The position numbers and the translations under genes were made by a program. The notes under the pieces are model-generated. The model worked only from the letters and a program-made list of their open reading frames with translations, did no database searches and was not told the DNA's origin. A stretch of 64,000 bases of DNA from an uncultured Pseudomonadota bacterium (GTDB lineage Bacteria > Pseudomonadota > Alphaproteobacteria > Rhizobiales > Xanthobacteraceae): NCBI GenBank assembly GCA_963727225.1, contig CAVSFN010000003.1, forward strand, positions 15,676-79,675, given 5' to 3'. Positions within the stretch are counted from its first letter, which is position 1. Each line of letters starts with the position of its first letter. Shown piece by piece: positions 29,384-37,000 of this stretch.

Positions 29384-30205
29384 GTGAGCGGACAACGAGA
29401 CATCCGGCTGCTGCTGGCGGACGTGGACGGAACACTGGTGACGCAGGACAAGGTCTTGACCGACCAGACCGTGGCGGTAGCGCAGGGACTGCGCGAAGCC
29501 GGCATCACGCTGGCGATCACCAGCGGCCGGCCGCCGCGCGGCATGAGCATGCTGATTGCGCCGTTGCGATTGGAGGGCGCGATCGCGGGCTTCAACGGGG
29601 GTGTCTTCGTCCATCCCGACCTGTCGGTGATCGAAAGCCATATTCTCGACTTTGCGGCCGCCAAATCGACGCTTCAGTTGGTTCTCGATCAGGGCCTCGA
29701 CGCCTGGGTCTATACCCAGAAGGAGTGGTTGGTCCGTGACAGCAAGGCGCCGCATGTGGCGCGCGAGACCTGGACGGTAAAGTTCGACGCAAAAGTCGTC
29801 GCTTCCTTCACCGACGCGCATCTGGCTGACGCAGTGAAGATCGTCGGCGTCTCGGACGATCTTGATCGTGTCGCGGCTTGCGAGAAGCTGGCGCAGAAAC
29901 AACTCGGGTCGAACGCCAGTGCGGCGCGTTCGCAGCCCTACTATCTCGATGTGACCCATCCGCAGGCCAACAAGGGCGCGGTGGCATTGACGCTGTCAAA
30001 GCTGCTGAACATTCCGCCCGAGCAGATGGCAACGATCGGGGACATGCCCAACGATGTTCTGATGTTCCGCAACAGCGGGCTCTCGATCGCCATGGGTAAT
30101 TCCAGCGACGAGGTCAAGTCGCAGGCGACCGCGGTGACCGACAGCAATCAAAACGAGGGTTTTGCCAACGCGGTGCGAAAATTCATTCTGCGGACCGCGA
30201 CTTAA
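29384..30205 (+). CDS. Cof-type HAD-IIB phosphatase
   Basis: Motif I LLLADVDGTLV, motif II ITSGRP, and motif III/IV GDMPNDVLMF. GTG start. Confidence 0.88.
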   Translation: MSGQRDIRLLLADVDGTLVTQDKVLTDQTVAVAQGLREAGITLAITSGRPPRGMSMLIAPLRLEGAIAGFNGGVFVHPDLSVIESHILDFAAAKSTLQLVLDQGLDAWVYTQKEWLVRDSKAPHVARETWTVKFDAKVVASFTDAHLADAVKIVGVSDDLDRVAACEKLAQKQLGSNASAARSQPYYLDVTHPQANKGAVALTLSKLLNIPPEQMATIGDMPNDVLMFRNSGLSIAMGNSSDEVKSQATAVTDSNQNEGFANAVRKFILRTAT

Positions 30206-30436
30206 TCCACTGGATTGCTTCGCGGAGCCTGTCATCGGGCGGCGCATTCGAGTTACCGAGTTACCGTGTACTCAATTTATGTGGGTCGAGGGCAGGCCAT
30301 CAGCGCTATCGCGGGGCAGTCGGTATTAAGTGCAGTCCAGCACTGTCACCGTAATTCCACCTCAGCCCTTGCGGGCGCTCGACTGCGGCTTCCCCTGACG
30401 ATTGGTTTCTCACGAACCGAAATACCTGCAGGCAGG

Positions 30437-30589
30437 CTATCCCCGTTTCGCAGTTCGGCGTCGTTTGGTCGTCTTTGTCAATCGCGGCCGCCCCCCACGT
30501 TTGCCCCACTCGCTGAGCTGCTCTTTGCTGTATTTCTTGGCGCGAGCCTTGCCGCCGTTGCTGCGAAATTCCTCGATGGTCATATTCAT
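30437..30589 (-). CDS. Possible 50-aa highly basic protein
   Basis: Not in the track (under 60 aa). My translation is MNMTIEEFRSNGGKARAKKYSKEQLSEWGKRGGRPRLTKTTKRRRTAKRG*. The GGKARAKK...GRPR pattern is reminiscent of small phage/plasmid-borne DNA-binding proteins. No strong RBS. Confidence 0.3.
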   Translation of the reverse strand: MNMTIEEFRSNGGKARAKKYSKEQLSEWGKRGGRPRLTKTTKRRRTAKRG

Positions 30590-30655
30590 GCGGGGTACTA
30601 TAACATGCTTGCAAGCACTGGTAGTGTCCGACTGGGGATTTGGGAGGGCAGCGTA

Positions 30656-30760
30656 ATGAAATGCATCATCGCAGCGATCATGCTTCTAGCAACCGCTGAA
30701 GTAGCGATCGCCGACGATTGCGATGCTCCGCAATCGGGCTTTGCAACCTTCAAGGACTGA
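30656..30760 (+). CDS. Signal-peptide mini-ORF (34 codons) ending at a TGA that is followed by 60 open in-frame codons
   Basis: GGGAGGG lies 7 nt upstream of the ATG. The ORF reads MKCIIAAIMLLATAEVAIA/DDCDAPQSGFATFKD*. The same frame stays open to TAA at 30941-30943. Confidence 0.35.
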   Translation: MKCIIAAIMLLATAEVAIADDCDAPQSGFATFKD

Positions 30761-31032
30761 AGCGAACACAAGGAGGCCTGTGAGAAGACATGCGAGAAAA
30801 TGCCGACTATCTTTTGCGAGCGGCATAGTCATGGCGACCACGAGCATAAGAAGGACATTTTAACGGAGCGCTTTGAAGAAGCGCAAAAAGAAAAAGCGCG
30901 GATAAAAGCCGAGAAGCGTGCTGAACAATTGCGAACTATTTAAGAACGCAGAGACCGTGATCGCAGAATGGAGGAAGCGGTTCGCAGCGCTCGATCATTC
31001 GAGCATAGGGCAATTCCTTAGCGGGGCGACAA

Positions 31033-31470
31033 ATGTTTGACTACGTTAAATTCCGTTGGCGGCTTCATTGGCACGAACGAGATGACCGAGAGACGGATCG
31101 CAAGTACGTCGCTTGGCTCAAAAAAGCGAAAGCGCAGAACGCTCCCAAGAGCGAAATCGAGACGCTTGAGTACGAACGGAACATGGACGGCATGAATTCA
31201 GCCGATGAAGTTAGAAAACTTCACTCGCGCTATTACTGCCTGCAAGCGGCTCGCATGCTCATTCCGCTTCCTGATCTTGTGGACAAAGAAATGTGGGAGC
31301 ACGAATCCCCGAACCGAATTTGCTTGACCGAAAAGGGCGTCATGCACGTTCGGTCGATTGTCCGCGCGGAGCGCAAAGCAAATCTGGAGATATTCCTGAT
31401 GTGGGTACCGGGCGTTGTCGGTTTGATCGGCGCAGCGATCGGGCTTGCCTCGATATTGATACGGAAGTGA
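31033..31470 (+). CDS. Tail-anchored hypothetical protein (145 aa)
   Basis: Coding-like codon pattern. A charged N-terminal ~115 aa is followed by a single C-terminal TM helix, FLMWVPGVVGLIGAAIGLASILI. I recognise no motif. Confidence 0.55.
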   Translation: MFDYVKFRWRLHWHERDDRETDRKYVAWLKKAKAQNAPKSEIETLEYERNMDGMNSADEVRKLHSRYYCLQAARMLIPLPDLVDKEMWEHESPNRICLTEKGVMHVRSIVRAERKANLEIFLMWVPGVVGLIGAAIGLASILIRK

Positions 31471-31498
31471 GACAGTTCCCCACCGTTCCCCCTGTGCG

Positions 31499-32368
31499 CT
31501 AGCTGAAATCAACTCCATATGGCCCGGGCAACTTGCCTTTGCCGAGCCGATTTTCCACGAAACGCAATTGCGAATCGTTCCGGCCCCAAACGTAGGTGCG
31601 AGCGCGGCTGGCAACAAATTCATTCATGACTTGCATCACATGGCCAGCGTCGAGAGCGCGAAATTCGTTCTCGGCGCGCTCCGTGGCGCACGCGATAAAG
31701 AGCATCGTCGGGCTTATCGGAAGGCACATATGGTTCGCACTGATCGGAAACTGGTTCGAGACCACGGGTCGATCAGAAGTGAGAAGCTCGCGCTTGTAAT
31801 TGGTGAATGCTATTACGCCCCAGCGCATGTCGAATATTAGGCGGCCCATTCTTGAATCGAGCATAAGATCCATCATGAGCTTGCCATGCATGCGGGCAAG
31901 ATCGTTTGTCCCAGCTTTTGCTTCGTATTGCGCGAACGTCTCGGGTTCGTCCGGCTTTCGGGTTTGCTCGTAGATCCTCTGTATATTCTGCCGAAGCTGC
32001 TTCTTCATTTCCGAGATAGCTTCCGGATAGCGAATGAGGAGCGATAAAATGAAGCGCGTCCAGGCATGGCGCATGCGCTGCGGCTGCGGGAATGGGACCT
32101 CGCGAAGCAAGCACTGAAGCGCGTCGGAGGCGATGCCGTCGCTCGGCTTCAAAAACATATCTTCGATGGCATTGACGACGTTGGCGTCGGGGTCGTCGAT
32201 TGCATACAGGCCGCGGATATATCCAGTGCCGTCAGGGTGAGGCGACCTCGTTGCTACCCGATCATACGGCCGGCTAAATTCGCAGACCGTATTCTTTGGA
32301 CCCATCCACTGTTTCAGATAGAAAACGGGAATGTAATGGTGCTTCTGCCCTTTGGGTTCCTTTGGCAT
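31499..32368 (-). CDS. DUF4238-like protein (intact copy)
   Basis: The N-terminal KHHYIPVFYLKQW matches the HHY(V/I)PxFYL(K/R)xF signature I associate with DUF4238, and the ~290-aa length fits. Start set at ATG 32368; the track start at 32419 is TTG. Confidence 0.72.
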   Translation of the reverse strand: MPKEPKGQKHHYIPVFYLKQWMGPKNTVCEFSRPYDRVATRSPHPDGTGYIRGLYAIDDPDANVVNAIEDMFLKPSDGIASDALQCLLREVPFPQPQRMRHAWTRFILSLLIRYPEAISEMKKQLRQNIQRIYEQTRKPDEPETFAQYEAKAGTNDLARMHGKLMMDLMLDSRMGRLIFDMRWGVIAFTNYKRELLTSDRPVVSNQFPISANHMCLPISPTMLFIACATERAENEFRALDAGHVMQVMNEFVASRARTYVWGRNDSQLRFVENRLGKGKLPGPYGVDFS

Positions 32369-33341
32369 TGTTGTTCTGGTGGCCCGCACAGTGCCGGACC
32401 GTTCCCCCCAGCCCCCCAAGCAGGAAAGCGGGTTTCAAGCGGAGTAGAAGGCCACTTTCTCCCGAGCCTGTTCTCGACGAACCGCAGTTGCCTGTTGTCA
32501 TTCCCCCAGACATATCTGCGCGCCTGCGAGGCGACGCGGTCGTTGATCTGCGCCATCAAAATTCCCGGGTCTATCGTGCGGACCATTTGTTCGGTTTCGA
32601 TATTGTTGGTAGCAAGAAACAACATGCGCGGACCGATCGGCAAGGCCAGATGGTCCTTGGGTCCGACTGATCCCGTTGGTCATGATGATTGGCCGGTCCG
32701 AGGTCAGAAGTGTGTGGCGCTCCTTCGCGAAGGTGACGACGCTCCAGCGCATTCCGTTGAAATGTCCGCCCATTGCCTGGCTATCGATGATTTTTTGCAA
32801 GGGCATAGGCGCTCATGCGCCCCGCCGGGTGGAACGTGCGCTGCGCCACATATTCCTCGAAGGTGGCCGGATCGTTCGGTCCACGAAGCTCTAGATATTT
32901 TTCATCATTGTCGGTTCGTGCATAGAAGCTGGCAACCTCGGCCGCCATTTTCGCGACGTACTCGGGATTGCGGAGCATCAGCGAGATGATGAACCGCGAC
33001 CAGGAGCTACGATCCATTGAGAACCAATTTACCGGGCCGCCCGCTCGCAATTCCTGCGCAACGACGGCGGCGCCATTGTCCGTGATCCTGAAGAAATTTC
33101 GCTCGATATGCTCGGATACGTCGGGCTCATCACCGGGGACCGTGTATAGCCCGCGGACGTACCCAGTCCCGTCAGGATGCGTCCACCTGGGCTTCACTTC
33201 ATTAAAAGGCCGACTGAATTCACACAAACGCCCGTCCGGCCCGGCCCATTCGCGAGAATAGAAGACCGGGATATAATGATGCTTTTGACCTTTTCCTGCC
33301 GCCGCGCCTATTACCAGCTCGGTAGCGTTTATCTGAAGCAC
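32314..33341 (-). pseudogene. DUF4238-like paralogue disrupted by two frameshifts
   Basis: Three consecutive minus-strand ORFs in different frames (33341-32781, 32806-32498, 32643-32314) align colinearly with the intact neighbour. Matching pairs are QKHHYIPVFYSREW / KHHYIPVFYLKQW, MRWSVVTFAKERHTLLTSDRPII / MRWGVIAFTNYKRELLTSDRPVV, and ASQARRYVWGNDNRQLRFVENRLG / ASRARTYVWGRNDSQLRFVENRLG. Confidence 0.7.
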
Positions 33342-33559
33342 AGCGCTGACCTTTCGGACGGGGCGCGGTAGGTACAGGGATTTGCAGGTACAGTCTACGT
33401 CAGCGAGCCTGACCTATGGGGTAAAATTAGAGCGGGAGGCTCTTTTTTCGCGGCGCTACGCGCTCAAAATTCTCTACAACCCGTCGCTCGTTTGGGGTAG
33501 GAGCCTCACCGAGCGATTTTCAGTGGCCAGACCTCGAAGATTTATTTCGGATTTTCCGA

Positions 33560-34235
33560 ATTTTGCTTGACGCCGGACCCAAATCAGCTCTCTATCGTTC
33601 GCATCCCGGCCCACACAAAGGGGCGTTTCGCGATCGTCACGGACGTAGGGCTCGGGGTGCGATGGACGCGGGCGGCGCTGCTGACGAGAGCGCTATCTTG
33701 TGGACGGCGAAGTCGTGTGGTCCTGACGCCCCGACGCTGGCGTCAAGTTCCCGAGAAGCAAGCTTCTTGGGGGCGACGGTGACAAGAAAGCCCGATCACC
33801 GAGGAGAGCGCGAAGCAGCCGTTAACACCATCGCGTGCGGGAATGCCGGGTGATCCCGGTGCGACCGTGGTGACTAACGCGTGTGCTTACTACTTTACAC
33901 ACGCGGCTGCGGGTGCAACGGGCACCCGGCATTCCCCGCTCCCCTCTTGGGGTAGCGCCACGCCCTCCATTTCGGGGCGGAAAATACAAGCACAACTCGG
34001 GCGCATCGTGCCGCGAGAATGCGGATGGTCATCCAATCGTCATCGTCCGGTTCGACCGGACGATCCAGTATTCCGGGGCGCTGGTCATGGAATCGAAAAG
34101 CTGCGGCGTACTGGATACTCCGCTTTCGCGGAGTATGACGGCCTATTATAGAGCAGCGCAGTGCGTCGCAGTTGCATCGCGGAGCTAGTCATCGGGGCAA
34201 TCCGCGCCCCTGGGGCCGGAAAAGTCTCTTGAAGG
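33560..34235. repeat. Composite block of stacked REP-like hairpin repeats
   Basis: GC-rich and non-coding in appearance, with many short palindromes. It ends with the motif TCGCGGAGCTAGTCATCGGG, which is related to 30220-30239 and 12293-12313. Track ORFs here translate to the Arg/Pro/Gly-rich pseudo-peptides typical of such repeats (e.g. VVLTPRRWRQV, GYSAFAEYDG). Confidence 0.5.
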
Positions 34236-34350
34236 CGTCAAAATCCGTGCTATTATTAGAACGGTCAGTCGGATTATTTTTGATCTGGCCCGCCTTCAGG
34301 CCGCTCGCAAGGGCGACGACGGCTTTTGCCCTGCCATCGGAGATGCAGCG

Positions 34351-35610
34351 ATGAACATCGTGCCGCGCGCGTCACATTGGGACGAACTGATCCGCCCGGA
34401 TCGGGTCCATGGTTCGCTGTACAACGACCCCGCGATCTTCGAGGCCGAACTGCAGAACATCTGGTACCGCACCTGGGTCTATGTCGGCCATGAGAGCGAG
34501 GTCCCGAATGCCAACGATTACGTGGCCAAGTCAATCGGTCCGCAATCCATCATCATGACGCGGGACGAGCAGGGCAAGATCAACCTCCTGCTCAATCGCT
34601 GTTCTCATCGCGGCAACCAGGTCTGCTCCTACGACAAGGGCAACGCGCGGTCCTTCACCTGTCCGTTCCACTCCTGGACTTTCGCCAATGATGGCCGTCT
34701 TGTCGGTTACGCATTTCCGGACGGCTATGAAGGAACCGACAAGGCCGGGCTGGGACTTGGCCATGTCACACGCGTGCAATCCTACCGCGGCTTCGTGTTT
34801 GGCTCGTTCGCCGCGGAAGGCCCGTCTCTTCGGGAACATCTAGGCGGGGCCGCCGAGACCATCGATCGTCTGGTTCGCACCTCGCCCGAAGGCGAGGTCG
34901 AGGTCACGGCGGGTTTTCTCAAACATCGCGTCAAGGCCAACTGGAAATTCATCCTGGAGAATGAATGCGACGGCTATCATCCGGCCTTTGTGCATTCATC
35001 GATTTTTAGCGTCGCCGACAGCGCTATCGGAACGCTCTATGGCGGCAAATCGACCGCGGTAACGCGCGACTATGGCAACGGCCATACCGAGATCGACCTG
35101 CGGCCGGAGTTTCGCAAGCGCGACCAGCCCTTGAGCTGGTTCGGCACCAATGAAGCGCGATTGCCGGACTATGCGTCGCGGATGAAGGCCGCTTACGGCA
35201 ATGAGCAGGCGCGCGAGATCATGGTCGACGGCACGCCCCATGTGATGATTTTTCCGAATCTGTTCATCGCCGAAATCCAGATGTTTGTGATTCAACCGCT
35301 GGCGGCCGACGACAGCGTGCAGCACGTGACCGCCTTGCAGTTCAAGGGTGCACCCGACATGAACCGGCGCTTGCGTCAGCAGACCATGGGATCGGTCGGT
35401 CCGGCGGGGTTGTTGCTGGCCGATGATTCGGAGATGTACGAACGCTGTCATCGTGGCGTGCTGGCGCGCAATCCCGAATGGATATTCCTCGGTCGCGGCG
35501 AGCGCCGCGAAGGGTGCGACGCGGCGGGCTTCAAGATCGGCCACGTCACCGACGAGGTGCCGTCGCGCGGTATCTGGCGTCACTATCGCAGCCTGATGGA
35601 GGCACGGTGA
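34351..35610 (+). CDS. Rieske non-heme iron aromatic-ring-hydroxylating oxygenase, alpha subunit
   Basis: Rieske motif CSHRGNQVCSYDKGNARSFTCPFHSW (CxH-x17-CxxH). Mononuclear iron motif ENECDGYHPAFVH (Dx2Hx4H). Confidence 0.93.
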   Translation: MNIVPRASHWDELIRPDRVHGSLYNDPAIFEAELQNIWYRTWVYVGHESEVPNANDYVAKSIGPQSIIMTRDEQGKINLLLNRCSHRGNQVCSYDKGNARSFTCPFHSWTFANDGRLVGYAFPDGYEGTDKAGLGLGHVTRVQSYRGFVFGSFAAEGPSLREHLGGAAETIDRLVRTSPEGEVEVTAGFLKHRVKANWKFILENECDGYHPAFVHSSIFSVADSAIGTLYGGKSTAVTRDYGNGHTEIDLRPEFRKRDQPLSWFGTNEARLPDYASRMKAAYGNEQAREIMVDGTPHVMIFPNLFIAEIQMFVIQPLAADDSVQHVTALQFKGAPDMNRRLRQQTMGSVGPAGLLLADDSEMYERCHRGVLARNPEWIFLGRGERREGCDAAGFKIGHVTDEVPSRGIWRHYRSLMEAR

Positions 35611-36101
35611 TGCTGTCGCGCGAAAGCAGCGCCACGCTGATGAGCGCCGTGTCGGCTTTCCTCTATATGGAGGCGCGATTCCAGGACGAGCATCAATACG
35701 AGGCCTGGGAAGCGTTGTGGACCGATGATGGCATCTATTGGGTGCCCGCCAACGGGGCCGACATCGATCCCGAAAAGGAGATGTCGATCATTTACGACAA
35801 TCGCTCGCGGATTTCGTTGCGGATCAAGCAATTGCTCACGGGCAAGCGTCACACCCAGACGCCGCAGTCGCGGCTGCGCCGGATCGTATCGAATATCGAG
35901 CTGATGGGCGAGCATAACGGCGATATCGCGGTGGCCAGCAACAGCATGGTGTTCGAGTCCAGCCTGCGCGACGATACGATCTGGGCCGCGCGCAACGAAT
36001 ATCGGCTGCGCTACATCGATGGCGAGTTGCGAATGGCCTACAAGAAAGTCACGCTGGTCAACAATGAAAAGGCGCTCTTCACGCTGTCGTTCCTGATCTA
36101 G
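35610..36101 (+). CDS. Ring-hydroxylating oxygenase beta subunit (NTF2-like)
   Basis: The ATG overlaps the alpha-subunit stop by 1 nt (GTGATG). The protein is 163 aa, with FLYMEARFQDEHQYEAWEALWTDDGIYWVP typical of beta subunits. Confidence 0.88.
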   Translation: MLSRESSATLMSAVSAFLYMEARFQDEHQYEAWEALWTDDGIYWVPANGADIDPEKEMSIIYDNRSRISLRIKQLLTGKRHTQTPQSRLRRIVSNIELMGEHNGDIAVASNSMVFESSLRDDTIWAARNEYRLRYIDGELRMAYKKVTLVNNEKALFTLSFLI

Positions 36102-36177
36102 AGCGTTTTCGAGCGAAGTGGATATCGGTTCCCGGTTTTCGGACCGGATCATGCCTGAAAAGAAAACGACAAAATCC
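36098..36177. repeat. Dispersed intergenic repeat (same family as 13952 and 53386) inside the oxygenase operon
   Basis: CTAGAGCGTTTTCGAGCGAAGTGGATATCGGTTCCCGG... starts on the beta-subunit stop codon. Confidence 0.5.
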
Positions 36178-36190
36178 GAACGGAGGAAAG

Positions 36191-36997
36191 ATGGGCTTGC
36201 CAATGATCGATCAGGGACCGGTTCTGCTGCGCATCGCGGATGGCGTCGCGCATCTCAGGCTCAACCGGCCCGATGCCTCCAATGGCATGAATGTCGAACT
36301 CCTGAAGGCGCTGGGCGATGCCATCATGGTTTGCCATGGCGAGCCGGGCATTCGCGCGGTGCTGCTCACCGGCGAGGGCAAGAATTTCTGCGCCGGCGGC
36401 GACGTTCATGATTTTGCGTCGAAGGGCGAGAAGCTTCCCGATTATCTGCGGCAGGCGACCGCCTATCTGCAAAATGCGGTCGCCGGATTGATCCGGCTCG
36501 AAGCGCCGGTGGTCACATCGGTCCAGGGCTTCGCTGCCGGTGGCGGCGGCTTCGGGCTGGTATGCGCGTCGGACATGGTGGTGGCCGGCGCGTCGGCAAA
36601 ATTCCTGGCCGGTGCAACCCGGGTCGGCATGGCGCCTGACGCCGGCGTCTCCGTCACCCTGCCGCGTCTGGTGGGATTGCGCAAAGCCACCGCGATCCTG
36701 TTGACCAATCCCGTCATCACCGCCGCCGAAGCGCTGGAACTGGGCATTATCAACCGTGTCGTCCCTGACGCGGAGCTTGCCGATGCGTCGCTGCAGCTCG
36801 CGCGCGAACTCGCCGCGGGTGCACCGAAGGCGCTGGCCGCGACCAAGCGCTTGTTGTGGAGCGGGATCGGAACCAGCGTCGAGCAATGCCTGCCCGAGGA
36901 AGCGCGGACCGTATCCGAACTATCCGGCACCGCCGACGCCCGCGAGGGGCTCGCCGCGGTGATCGAACGGCGCAAGCCGACGTTCACGGGACGCTGA
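36191..36997 (+). CDS. Enoyl-CoA hydratase/isomerase (crotonase) family protein
   Basis: GVAHLRLNRPDASNGMN...LTGEGKNFCAGGD is the crotonase oxyanion-hole region. GGAGGAAAG RBS. Confidence 0.9.
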   Translation: MGLPMIDQGPVLLRIADGVAHLRLNRPDASNGMNVELLKALGDAIMVCHGEPGIRAVLLTGEGKNFCAGGDVHDFASKGEKLPDYLRQATAYLQNAVAGLIRLEAPVVTSVQGFAAGGGGFGLVCASDMVVAGASAKFLAGATRVGMAPDAGVSVTLPRLVGLRKATAILLTNPVITAAEALELGIINRVVPDAELADASLQLARELAAGAPKALAATKRLLWSGIGTSVEQCLPEEARTVSELSGTADAREGLAAVIERRKPTFTGR

Positions 36998-37000
36998 AAG

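Noticed and set aside
30758-30760. Selenocysteine recoding of the in-frame TGA
   Set aside because: I see no stem-loop immediately 3' of the TGA that resembles a bacterial SECIS, and the flanking residues are not a known selenoprotein context. It is kept only as a minor alternative within the finding.
33563-34188. Track ORFs 33563..33853, 33567..33782, 33843..34151 and 33883..34188 as possible genes
   Set aside because: They overlap one another in different frames inside a palindrome-rich repeat block. They lack an RBS and translate to Arg/Pro/Gly-rich strings. They are interpreted as pseudo-ORFs of REP-like DNA.
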